Positions 41,058 through 53,490 of a stretch of 64,000 bases of DNA are shown in pieces; position 1 is the first letter of the stretch, and every line of letters begins with the position of its first letter. This DNA is from Eledone cirrhosa (taxonomy: Eukaryota): positions 60,140,001 through 60,204,000 of the forward strand of contig OZ024740.1 of the NCBI GenBank assembly GCA_964016885.1. Direction: 5' to 3'. Position numbers and translations under genes: made by a program. A model generated the notes under the pieces. The model searched no databases, had not been told where the DNA came from, and worked only from the letters and a program-made list of their open reading frames with translations.

Positions 41058-43346
41058 AGATGTATACAGCCTGCCTGCCTGAACCTATTCCTCCAAGATC
41101 ACTGTGAAAATGATAACATCATCACAGATGAACAAGCAGCTGGAAAGAAAGGGGTTTGGGGATGTGCTGAACAACTCCAAATCAACAAAACCGCGATGTC
41201 GGAGGTGCGACAACTTAGGAGGAATATGGCTACAGTCTGGCTGGACTACAGGAAAGCTTTCGATTCTGTTCCCCTCTCTTGGATGATAGAAGACCTCCAA
41301 CTTGCTAAAGTCCCAGACATTATTGTCAGAGCCATAGAGAGGATGTCTTCTTCTTGGGCTACTATCCTAAGGTTAAAGACAGAGAGGGAGGACTCTATTT
41401 TCACTGATAAAATAAAATATTGCAGGGGTATATTTCAGGGGGACAGCCTCTCTGTGATATTATTCATCTTGTCATTAAACCCCTTGTCCTTTCTGCTCAA
41501 GAAATGTGTGGGATACATCATTGGCTCACAGGACAGAAATACGAACCTAAACCCATAATTTCTTTGTGGACCATCTGAAACTCTATGCCAAGAACATGGA
41601 TGGGATGAAGAAAAATCTTGACCTGGTTACAACGTTCTCAAATGATATAAGAATGGAGTTTGGCCAAGATAAATGCTCATACATGACTGTAAAGTGGGGA
41701 AAAACAACAACCCAATCTAGCAACATTGTCATCAATGGCCTAACTATTTCACCGATATCTGATGAGGACTGCTACAGATACCTGGGGATAGATGAGAACA
41801 TATCCTATAATGATATCTGTAATAAAGAACGCGTAACCAGGGAACACTACACCCGATTAAGAAAGATCTGGTCATCGGAACTCTCTGCGCAAAACAAAAC
41901 AGTGGATCACAATGTGTTTGCTATGCCTGTCCTAACACCAACGTTTGGAATACTCAATTGGACGATAGACGAAATCCGAGCATTGATGTTGGAACTCGAA
42001 AAATACTAAACAACACCGGAAACTTCCATATCAAGAGTGACATAGACCGCATTTACTTGAAACGTAAGCAGGAAGGCAGAGGCCTAACATCAGTCCAGAC
42101 AACATTTGAATGTCGCATCATATCCCTCCGACAAGATCTACGAAACTCGAAGAGTAGGAGCCCGTTTCTCGAGCAAGTCTATCTGCATGAAACAGATAAG
42201 ATCATGAGAGTTGGGAAGGAACTTATCGAGAGATATTCCCTGTCTGATAATCAAAAACTCACACCCAGGGATGTCGCTCAGCAGTATCGCAGTGAATCCA
42301 TGGATGAAAAACTGCATGTTTATCAGCAAAAAATCATGCATGGATTTGTTGCCAGGAAGCTCCAGAGTGAGAGTAATATAGATAAGGACAGTAGTCTATC
42401 TTGGACCAACAACCGCTATATTGGCTCCTACTTTGAAGGATACGCTTTTGCAATCCAGGAACAGGAGATTAACACGAAATACCTGATTCACAAAAGAGAT
42501 AGGGATGCAGGCAAAACACCTAGATGTGATAACAAGTGCAAACTCTGCAGAACTAACATCGAGGATATCACCCATGTCATCAGCAGCTGTCCAAAGATGT
42601 CATCGCGGTATTATCTACTTATGAGGCATGATGTAGTGGCCAAAACACTGTACAAAGCAGTTCGTAAAAAAGATAGCCCCGATAATAAACATTAAAAGCT
42701 ACAATGATGTGGAAGACATCCATGTACATGATATTGGTGGAATGTTCCAGTAAAAACCCCAATAAAATGCAGGCATAACAGACCAGATATTATGATATGG
42801 GACAGGGAGAAGAACACATGCACAGTAGTGGAAATTAGCTGCGCAGCAGATGCCAATATAATATCAAAGATTAGTGAAAAGGAGAATATTTATGCAGAAC
42901 TGATGAGAAATCTGCAGATACTCCATCCTGATTACACCTTCAGATTTATGCCTGTGGTTATTGAGGCACTAGGGTATGTCAGTAACTGCCTCAATACAAA
43001 TCTTTAGAAGCTGGGCTTCACAGGAACAGAAAGAACACAACTAGTTAGGAAATTACAAGTACAATCCATTAATGGAAGAGTAAAAATATGTAAAACATTC
43101 CAAAAATTTTGCATCTAATAACTGCATATACACATGTACAGATACAAAGCATATACACATACACACATACAACTCAAAACATCCACATCCACACATACAA
43201 TAACATCCATATCTATACATGCAGACATACATACATATCTACCTAGTTGATGTTGTGTAAATTCCAATGAGAGAGTCTTGTGTCTATGTTAGAAACCGAC
43301 TCTCTCTCTATTGGTAAAACTTTGTGGAATTATAAAACCAGAAGAA
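41058..43346 (+). mobile_element. 5'-truncated, frameshifted R4/Dong-clade non-LTR retrotransposon (RT, CCHC, REL endonuclease) inserted in (TACA)n
   Basis: EQAAG, WLDYRKAFDSVP, RGIFQGDSLS, FVDHLKLYA (degenerate YxDD), YRYLGI, RIYLKRKQEGRGL, AIQEQEINT, CKLC..EDITHVISSC, RHD, HNRPDI..VEISC; stop near 43118; 3' UTR ending AAAACCAGAAGAA. Confidence 0.9.
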
Positions 43347-43424
43347 CATACATACATACATACATACATACATACATACATACATACATACATACATACA
43401 TACATACATACATACATACATACA

Positions 43425-43843
43425 TGATGGCTGCCCCCTCGTTATCGAGTATGGCCATTGCACGATATAACATTATTACTAATTACTAATTAATTCTATC
43501 GTTCAATGCTTGTGCGTGAAGATTTTTTTAAAGGGTGGAAAGACTGTGCACTGAGCCAATCCCACTCTGTGAGCGACAGTAGCTATGATCCGAAAAGAAG
43601 AAAATATCAACATCATCGGTAACTACTGAGCCGCAGGTTTTATGTTGGAGTTATCCCAGTTTCCTGAGTTGCCTTCTCCTAGAAGAATGCCCTGACAAAG
43701 GCTAGGGGTCCTTCACTCCCAGCGACTTAATCGCGCGCTCGGGTATCCAACCCGATTATTTCTATGTCCCCGCGAATACACATACACATGCATAAATGTG
43801 TAAATATGTATACATGTGTATATATGTGTATATATGTATATAC

Positions 43844-43874
<31 letters not shown>

Positions 43875-44061
43875 CACATATATACACATGTATACATGTA
43901 TATACATATTTACACATTTTTGGATGTCCTGCAGGGTGTCCAAAATCAGCCTCCTCACCAAGTAAACTTGGTCGGGTTGCCGGTTTAGTCGACGGCGACT
44001 CGACCATTCGACAATTTGTACTGGGTTACATGTTACTAGTAGCACTCAAGAGTGACCCGAC
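43425..44061 (-). mobile_element. ~640-bp non-coding element (probable non-autonomous RTE-related retroelement), copy 1
   Basis: Both ends are homologous to 44671-45279; contains CTAGGAGAAGG on the minus strand; flanked by (TACA)n; internal AT/CATA expansion. The strand and RTE assignment are inferred. Confidence 0.6.
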
Positions 44062-44104
44062 ATATACATACATACATACATACATACATACATACATACA
44101 TACA

Positions 44105-44132
<28 letters not shown>

Positions 44133-44135
<3 letters not shown>

Positions 44136-44520
44136 TGGGGCACTGGGATATGTTAGTAACTGCCTCAATACAAATCTTGAGAAGCTAGGCTTCACAGGAA
44201 CAGAAAGAACACAACTAGTTAGGAAACTACAAGTACAATCAATTAATGGAACAGTAAAAATATGTAAAACATTCCAAAAATTTTGCATCTAATAACTGCA
44301 TATACACATGTACATATACAAAGCATATACACATGCACACATACAATTCAAAATATACACATCCACACATGCAATAACATCCATATCTACACATGCATGC
44401 ATACATACATATCTACCTAGTTGATGTTGTGTAAATTCCAATGAGAGAGTCTTGTGTCTATGTTAGAAACCGACTCTCTCTCTATTGGTAAAACTTTGTG
44501 AAATTATAAAACCAGAAGAA
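44133..44520 (+). mobile_element. Second R4/Dong copy (3' ~390 bp) in (TACA)n
   Basis: Highly similar to 42959-43346, with the same 3' end AAAACCAGAAGAA|CATACATA. Confidence 0.92.
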
Positions 44521-44570
44521 CATACATACATTTCATACATACATATATAGATACATGCATGCATGCATGA

Positions 44571-44601
<31 letters not shown>

Positions 44602-44670
44602 CATAGAAACATACATAGAAACATGCAAAATGCATACATACATACATACATACATACATACATACATACA

Positions 44671-45279
44671 TGGTGGCTGCCAACTCGTTTTCGAGTACGG
44701 CCACTACTTTATATCCATGTAGGAGAACCCCTACCAATGCGCTGAACGAGTGTGACTTTTTAGTCCAGCCAGCGACTTGAAAACTCTGGTACAAACACTA
44801 CACTTGTGACAATTATTGACACATAGTGCTGGGCCCATGGTACCATGTGACGACAAGTGCAGAGAGATCTCCAGAGATAAAGCAATACCTGTGCCGTGAA
44901 GCTTTTATAGTGAGCAAAGGCACTGCATAAAGCCAGTCCCACTCTCTTAACCAAGATGATATTTACCAAAAAGAAGAACAATTCAACATCATTGGATACC
45001 ATCAGGGTTGCAGGTGTTATATCAGAGTTTTCCTTCTCCTAGAATTCTGCCTTGACAAAGGCTAAGGGGTCATCTCTCCCGGTGATTTTGGATGGCTATT
45101 GACTCTTAAGAGCCCCTTTGCCATTTGACAGGTTTTGTTTTTAGTCCTGCAGGATGTCCAAAGCCACCCTCCTCACCAAGAAACCTTGGTGGGGTTGCCA
45201 GTTTAGTCGCCAACGACCCGACCATGAGACAGGTTGTACTGGGATACATGTTACCAGTAGCACCAACTGGTGACCTGAC
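44671..45279 (-). mobile_element. ~610-bp non-coding element (probable non-autonomous RTE-related retroelement), copy 2
   Basis: Diverged homolog of 43425-44061; CTAGGAGAAGGAAAACTCTGA on the minus strand; flanked by (TACA)n. Confidence 0.6.
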
Positions 45280-45359
45280 ACATACATACATACATACATA
45301 CATACATACATACATACATACATACATACATACATACATACATACATACGTGCAATAAT

Positions 45360-45543
45360 TGTTTCTACTTTTGGTACAAGGCCAACAATTTCTCCCAGTG
45401 CATTACTGGTACTTTATTTCATCGACCCCGTAAGAATGAAAGGCAAAGTTAACCTTAGCAGGATTTGAACTCAGAATGACAAGGGCCGTAACTCTGTGTG
45501 TCAAAGCATGGCGTCCGACCCTCTACCGATACTGCAAATCCAC
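45360..45543 (-). mobile_element. tRNA-derived SINE with an 11-bp TSD CGTGCAATAAT
   Basis: TSD at 45349-45359 and 45544-45554. Confidence 0.92.
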
Positions 45544-47404
45544 CGTGCAATAATATACATGAGTAGGCGTTAAACGATTGGGTGAAATTACAAACAGATG
45601 CTGTCAGCACGAAAAACAATAATCAAGTTAATACCGTCATAATCTCATGAAGAAAATATTTTTGATTAATAATACTTTTGTATTAAGAATAAGACATTAA
45701 TATTAGCTAAGTAAACAGTGATATCTGAAGAAACTAATGACAGCCCGTGCTGGCAGTTAGTGAATATAAACAATTCAATAGTGGAATATATTCGTTTATC
45801 ACGAAGAGGAGCAAAATACTATTGCTTCTTCGGAAAGAGACGCTGGATTATTGGGGCTTCTGTATGTCTCGTGAGACTATGGATTAGCATATAGAAAGCA
45901 TATAGAACATCACGCTCCGGCGGAATTTTTATGAGAATGTTATATAGGCGCCGATCTGATTGTATGATAAAGATGTTCTCTTCGAAATTCCATAATATCG
46001 GATTAAATTCCACTGCACAACATCGTGAAAATTGTTTTCTAGGCAGAAACCACGCGGAAGCCTGTTAGAGGGGCCATTCTTTTTCTTTCTCAGTACTCAT
46101 TCCGTCATTCGGTTCAACAACCCCACTTAACTCTTGGGTGCCTTATAGAATGTTCACTCTACTGAAAACATCCAGTCGAAGTCTTCGATTTGATGATAAC
46201 TTCCTCCCTTTCTTCCACCAGCCTTGGCAATTTTGGTAGAGGGTCTTGGCACTGCCCACCCCTTCTGACATTAAAAAATAACAATAGTGCTCTGTTCAGG
46301 GGAAGGATTCATCTCTGACCCACTTAATGTTGTACAAAACTACAGAAAAGTACCGGCTGTAAGGATCTCTGTGGTATGTAAATGTGAAAGGATTGATTAT
46401 ATAAATAGACAATAAATAAGTTAGGTCAAAGCGTATCACAATAAAAACATTAACAAAATTGTTTGGAACACCGAGAAAAGATCATTTTTCTTCAGTCCAT
46501 ACTTTTTTATGTGAGCTGGTGTGGTTTGCTGAGTACATTAATGTTTCCATAGTTAACGTACCGGCAGCTTCACACAGTCACTAAAAATTGCTTCTCTGAG
46601 AAATCATTCGGATAGGCTGAATACTTGTGGTGGATGCACACACATGACGAGCCGGCGAGCAGCAGATGACTCAGTAGCTCTGGCAGTGAAACCTCCCAAC
46701 ACCACGCATGACCCCCAACACACTGAGTAAGCAGCACGGTGATGCGCGCATAGCTCCGCAACTCCGCCACGCACACACCGGCAAATAGTACTATGAGAGT
46801 GACCGGAGACTGAAGTCGATACACATAAAACACAACAACGGAACAGAAGAAAAAAGAAAAAGAAAACAAGATCTGTTCAAAATAGAGATACTGTCGTAGC
46901 ATGGCCAGTACAACAATGATCTGAATCGAGTAGAGAACTAAAGTTATGCAGGTATGCAGGATGAAACCTAGAAACAATCCATCACTCGTTTTTTTTTATA
47001 TATATATTTTATTTTGTTGCTGGAAAATATTTGCTAGGAATGAATACTTAAAACAACAATACACATCTGCTCCACACAATATCTTAAGAAAAAAGAGAAA
47101 GAAAATTACAAATATGTAGTCTGAAATACATTCAGAAGCACGTTGGTGTGTGTTGTTATTATCCTTATCTTACTGCCATAAGAAAGAAAAAAACGAAGTA
47201 TAAACTGGATAATGTAATCTTAAGTAAATTAACTTTGGTTATAAAAAAAGAAAAGACCGTGTGGTCACAGCGTAAAGGTATGCAATTAAATACCACAATG
47301 TTTAAAGAGTGGCTAACAAAATTGCTCGCGGTATTTAATTACCTACCTTTAAGCTCTGAATAAAAATCATGCTGATATTGGACTTCAACAGTAAAGAGTT
47401 GAAG

Positions 47405-47550
47405 TCAAATACTGGGGTCGATTCTATCATCTTTCTCTTTTCATAAATTGCTGGCCTTATGTCTAAATACGTCGGATAAATGATTTGCAGTATTTGTTCC
47501 AGCTTTTTACGTTCCGAGTTCAAATCTCACCGACGTCAACTTTTCCTTTA
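47405..47550. mobile_element. Two SINE fragments in opposite or rearranged order
   Basis: TACTGGGGTCGAT...TTGCTGGCCTT followed by GAGTTCAAATCTCACCGACGTCAACTTT. Confidence 0.5.
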
Positions 47551-48837
47551 TATTGCCACGTGGAATTGAAAAAGCAAAAGAACAACAGCCGCGGGACCAG
47601 GTGACTGCCGTTTCAACAGCTCCACCGGTTGAAGCTCTGGAATTAGCAAAGGAGGTCGCTTTGTCTTTGTCTCCAGAAGCTGAACAAGAACCTGAAGACA
47701 TCATTTCCCTAACAGCTATAATAGTAAAGAGAACATGGTAGAAGAGAGTTGTGGTAACAGCGACACCAGCAAGCAGCAATAACTCCGACACCGCGAGGGC
47801 TCAGTATATCCGTCTTGTCTTCTGTCTTTCAGGGTGATGAACATATATCCTGCATTTCGTGGCATTGGGAACACAGTGTAGGCTGGAGAAGAAGGAGAAA
47901 GTGCCGGATAGAGAAATAGGAAAAGAGAATCTAATAGAGGACAAAACGCAAATCTGACCTCAATTCGTGTAAATCGCAACGAAACTGAGGTGACATGAAC
48001 TTCAGTCCTTTGAAAAAGAACAAACTCTTCGAAGAAAATAAAAATGACGTGGTATAATGGATATTGCGGAAGCGTCCTCTAACAAACGACAGGTTCGTAA
48101 TGCTAGAAGACCTTAAGCGACAAGACATTCGTAAGAAACAATATCTGACCAAACTCCGAAATTAGCAAAGAAGATCACTTTGTATGTTGTCCCGGAAGCT
48201 GACCGTGAAGCTGATAATTATAACGTGTTAAAAGCAAAATATCTAGCAGAGGTTGCAACCTTTTGAACCCATGCAAAAAAACGCTATTGGGTACATTTTG
48301 GTTACACAAAATTGCAGTACAAACAATGGATGGCAAGCAGAGATTTTAAGGCCTTTAACACGATCAAAGTATCCCTAAATATTTATGCATGTAGCTTTCT
48401 TAAATACCTTTGTTTATTTGTTTTCTCCATAGTCATCGATATATATCAGATTTTTAGAGATCTTCTAAATACCTTCTTTGTGTAACGTCCCTCATCCACG
48501 AAGGTCCATTTCAATGTGTGACCTCTTAAGAGGTGAGTTGAGGTGTATTTAGCAGCCATTTCTTGCAGGTCGAGCAATAAGGTAGATGATTCCAAGCTGC
48601 TATCGAGTTGTAATAGCTACTGTTACAGTGCAGTCCCAGATCAACCATGACTATCATCGATATTATTCCAGTCATGACCACCATGATGTTTTAGTGGTAT
48701 CTAGGACAACATATTCCACTGTGTCTTTCCTTTCTAATAGAGTAGCTTGAAGATTGAGGGATACTTAGCGACTATTTCAAGCAAGTTGAGTGTTACGTGT
48801 AAGCACCTTTCATGGCCTTAATGTTATACCTAATAAG

Positions 48838-49095
48838 TACGTGTGTGTGTGTGTGTATAAACGTATGTGACGTGTGTGTGTATATGTGCGTGCGTGTGTA
48901 TACGTGTTTGCGGGTATATTGTGTGTGTGTAAACGTGTTTGCGGGTATATATGTGACATTTGTGTGTGTGTATACGCGCGTGCGTGTGTGTATACGTGTT
49001 TGTGGGTATATTGTGTGTGTATATGCGCGTGCGTGTGTATATATACCTTTTGCAGGTATATTGTGTGCGTATATACGTGCGTGTATGTATAGGTG
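48838..49095. repeat. Compound (GT)n repeat with recurring TACGTGTTTGCGGGTATATT modules
   Basis: About four degenerate modules. Confidence 0.8.
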
Positions 49096-49387
49096 TCTGA
49101 AGGAATACATGTGTGTGTAAACATAGGTGTGTATAGCAGTGTGGGAATGAGTACTCACTCAATACTTTAGTAGATATTAATATGCTCTTTAATACGTGCA
49201 AGCTTGAGTCTTGTTGCTGTGTACTCATAAAGTCATCAGACTTTAGTAATAAGTACTGTTGTTGTAATGGTAGCAGAAAGGTGTTCAAGAGAGATTTACA
49301 ACGGTACAATTCATAAAAGTAGCAATTCGATGTTGGACTGATATGTTAGTAGGGATTACTACTTCAGGAAAACAGAGATGTAATAAT

Positions 49388-49569
49388 TGTTTCTACTTTA
49401 GGCACAAGGCCAGCAATTACCCAGTGCATTACTGGTACTTTATTTTATCGACCCCGTAAGGATGAAAGGCAAAGTCAACCTCGGCGGGATTTGAACTCAG
49501 ATCATAAAGGGACGTAAATCTATGCTTCAAAGCATGGTGTCCGACTCTCTACCGATACTGCCAATCCAC
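49388..49569 (-). mobile_element. tRNA-derived SINE with an 8-bp TSD GTAATAAT
   Basis: Match to the consensus; TSD at 49380-49387 and 49570-49577. Confidence 0.92.
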
Positions 49570-49592
49570 GTAATAATGATGTTCATATTCCA

Positions 49593-50120
49593 TGGTAGCG
49601 GAACAGATCAGAAAGCATATTTCAAAACATAATAAAGATTTATTTTCTTCTTCATATTAATACAAGTACAAGGCAAGTGAAGAGCTGCAAACATATCGCA
49701 TAATCAAGTTGAACGATAAATGTAATTCTCCGCAGAGTTATATATCGAGATTACCCTCGGCTTTAGAGGGCAAGATCAAGAAAATCAGGAAGCGAGTTAC
49801 ACGGTACTGCTCAGTAGAAGATCCCGAAAGTAACTGCGGGAGAATTGATAGTTAGGCGCGAATTTGACTGCTGGCCGAAAGCCGTTCTTAGTATTCCTAC
49901 GCCACCAACCTTAAGGGCTGGCGGCTGACCAAGGACGACCAAATTACTCCGCCGCGATAAAGTAGTACTATTGCTTGCTACAAGACTATCTCGTCTGACG
50001 TCTTTATGGGTACACAGAAGAAACTTCAGAGTAATAAGACTCAAGCTTGGCCTTAAGAAAATGTGTGTGCCCGTGCGTGTGCGTCTGCCTGTGCCTGTGC
50101 GCGTGTGTGTATTTGTCACA
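49593..50120 (-). mobile_element. Possible solo LTR (~530 bp)
   Basis: TG...CA termini; minus-strand TATATAA (~49738-49744) followed by AATAAA (49639-49644); imperfect 5-bp flanks TTCCA/TTTCA. Confidence 0.35.
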
Positions 50121-50457
50121 TTTCAATTACTGCGCATGTCTTTAGGTTAAAGTCATTTTGAAGTGTTGCTAACTCCATATAGTCTATTGCTGTTTTACTT
50201 TCTTTCTTAGTTTTACCCCTATTATTTCTTTACTTCTTCAGCTTTAACAAGACTTAGTACAAAATACTGCGCATGTTTTTAGATTATAGTCATCTTGAAG
50301 TGTTGATAACTCCACATAGTCTATTGTCACTTAGAGCCGACAAATTTCATCACAATAAATTTAAAATATTTTATTTACTCGAATAACAGTGTTTGCTGAT
50401 TAAGAGATTAATTTCTATTATCTAAGACACCGTTTTTTTTTTGTACTAATATATAAT

Positions 50458-50635
50458 TGTTTTTACTTTGGGCACAAGGCTAGTAATTACCCAGTGCATT
50501 ACTGGTACTTTATTTTATCGACCCCGTAAGGATGAAAGGCAAAGTCAACCTCGGCGGGATCGTAAAGGGACGTAACTATGCTGGAAAGCATGGCGTCCGA
50601 CCCTCTACCGATATTGCCAATACTCTCTACCGATA
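50458..50635 (-). mobile_element. SINE with a 17-bp TSD, deleted B-box and duplicated 5' segment
   Basis: TSD TTGTACTAATATATAAT at 50441-50457 and 50636-50652; CTCTACCGATATTG is repeated at the 5' junction. Confidence 0.9.
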
Positions 50636-51432
50636 TTGTACTAATATATAATGTTTTTTCATACTTGCGATACTTTGTATTTGCTTCCAGTTTATCACTA
50701 TCAACATAACCAACAATCATAACCACTACCACAGTATCTAGCCTCCACCGCAACCCCCACCATCTTCATTGTTGTATTGTTGTTTGTGTTACAGTTTTGA
50801 AACTGATATCTTTAAAGTAGGCTTCAATTTGTCTTCCAAGTTGTTCTGAAAGGTATTTTCCTTAAACACTGCTCATACATAACTCATCTGGTTCTATTTG
50901 AGACATTTGTAATTCAAAATACTTCATATGGATACCTAATTTATCCTTTGAAATGTTGATTTGTTCTACTATATACATTTCAGCTCTTTTCAGAAGGCGA
51001 TGTATTTATCTTTGTGCTGTTTCCTCCTTTTTACTGTCGTTTCCCCGTGGATTAAAACATCTACAACATCTTATTTCAACGTGATAACCGTATCTAGTTT
51101 TTTTCTACCAATTCTTTTATCTACGTAGATATAAATCTCATAGAAATTTCACTTTTACATATTCTGGCTTATCACTTTTCTGTTTTACATATTAAGACTT
51201 TGATGCTGCTACCATTCTACAAATCTTTTACACACATGTCAATGAGTTAACTATGCCACTTCACACCATTCTTTATATCCTTTCGTAGATTAAAATAAGA
51301 ACCTTTTATGATTATTTTGTACCAGTTTACATGAAAATCTTTTAGCTGTACAAATTTCTAATTGCTTTCTCTGATAATGATAATTAGGAGTTGATTCCTA
51401 TCGTCAAAACATAAGCATTATGTATCATTAAT

Positions 51433-51618
51433 AGGGCGGTGGATTGGCAGTATCGGTAGAGGGTCGGACGCCATGCTTTCCAGCATAGTTACGTCCCTTT
51501 ACGATCTGAGTTCAAATCCCGCCGAGGTTGACTTTGCCTTTCATCCTTACGGGGTCGATAAAATAAAGTACCAGTAATGCACTGGGTAATTGCTGGCCTT
51601 GTGCCTAAAGTAGAAACA
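51433..51618 (+). mobile_element. Full-length tRNA-derived SINE with a 16-bp TSD ATTATGTATCATTAAT
   Basis: A-box-like TGGCAGTATCGG and B-box GAGTTCAAATCCC; TSD at 51417-51432 and 51619-51634. Resembles Octopus SINEs as I recall them. Confidence 0.95.
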
Positions 51619-51934
51619 ATTATGTATCATTAATGTATGTGTTATAAGCACTGAACGTTGTCATCCAGTTTCAATTGCCAGTTGAAACCCTTCGTCGTCA
51701 TTTGCCTCGCTAAAAATGACACGAATGCTATATAATCCTATTTTCCATTTTGATATAAATACGGAGTATTATGCTTTGCCCATATCGATAATGAAATCTA
51801 TACTTTCATAATGTGTTCAATTAATTAATTGCCCGCGCTAAGCTATGCATTGATTTTCATTAAATTCCAGTTTTGTTTCCTCTTTATTTGTGTCTCCTAT
51901 TTTTCTATATTTCTTCATTATTGACATTATAAGC

Positions 51935-51996
51935 ATTGTTTCTACTTTAGGCACAAGGCCAGCAATTTGAAGGGGTGGGGAAAGTCGATTAAATCG
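51935..51996 (-). mobile_element. SINE 3' fragment
   Basis: TTGTTTCTACTTTAGGCACAAGGCCAGCAATT. Confidence 0.75.
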
Positions 51997-52437
<441 letters not shown>

Positions 52438-52439
52438 TA

Positions 52440-52515
52440 ACAGATTAAAATTTAAGCAAAGAATGGCTGCTTTCACCCTTAACGGGATCTTCTGAAACTA
52501 ACAAAGTCAATCTGT
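52440..52515 (-). ncRNA. Second hammerhead fold (left inverted repeat)
   Basis: Reverse-complement copy of 55379-55454 with the same CAGAAGA core; one G-C pair in P1 becomes G-U. Confidence 0.68.
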
Positions 52516-53490
52516 GAACGCAGAAGTGAATATTTCAAAAAACGTTGCAACCGGAGAAAGACAGGAAGACGATACTTTGGTTCGTGGAAACGTTCCCCGG
52601 CAAAGAACGGGAAAAAACGAATATAATACGTCATTATTCGGAGCGGTGAAAAACAATTACACGCAAAGACAAAACCACATTTATGGTATAAAAGAAGTCG
52701 TAGACTAATATTCTCTTAGGTGGTTCACAGAGACGTTCTCTGGCAATGAACGGAAAAATGAAGATAAACGTCATTTGTGGAGCGTGGAGAACAATTGCAC
52801 GCAAGGACAAAACCACGTAAATGGTATAACTGAAGTCGTAGACTAAAATTCTAACTAGGAAACCGAATGATTCTCGGCTTCAGAGTTAAGAATAAAGTAA
52901 ATAAAATACAGATAAATAAATACATACACGCATCCATATACGTACATACACAAGCATACGCGAAAACACTCGCCATAGGTATACAAATACACGCACATAT
53001 AAATATGTGTGTGTGCGTGTATACAAATAATTAAATAAACGTATATAAATAAATAAATACGTATATAACAAGCGCACTCACATACCTACACGTAAATACA
53101 CAAATGTTCGGAGATTAACGTCAAGGAAAAAAAGAAGTACACATATACACACACCCTACATACGTACGAACCCGCATACTCACACAGACGCAAAACTCAC
53201 GTATACACATAACCAAAAGCATATGTACCAGAATATATAAAATATACGCCAAAACATATACAATCAAATACACGTACGAGAAAGTATACGTTCCTTCACA
53301 AAACATACAGGTAGTATATACTTACCTATGCAAATAAGTAAGGGTATAAACATAATATATACTTAGCTACCACATCAAGACGTAAAATATCCGCGTATAG
53401 ATCGTACTATCCGTTAGGGTATAATGTGGGGCTGTAATACAGGAAGGTTTTGTGCAATTTATGTTTACAAGCCGAAATTGCCTCAGATTT

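Noticed and set aside
40604-41058. MYVC/HTYI repeat ORFs, including the apparent N-terminus of the R4 RT ORF
   Set aside because: (TACA)n translations; the fusion to RT is just the 5'-truncation junction.
45800-46260. Possible Copia-like integrase remnant on the minus strand
   Set aside because: Only vague fragments (SGVVE, LPRGF); the catalytic motifs cannot be reconstructed.
46570-46977. 135-aa hydrophobic ORF
   Set aside because: No recognisable motif or splice context; probably a non-coding repeat or LTR-like sequence.
51433-51525. tRNA gene
   Set aside because: A and B boxes are present, but there is no cloverleaf; it is a SINE head with a TSD.
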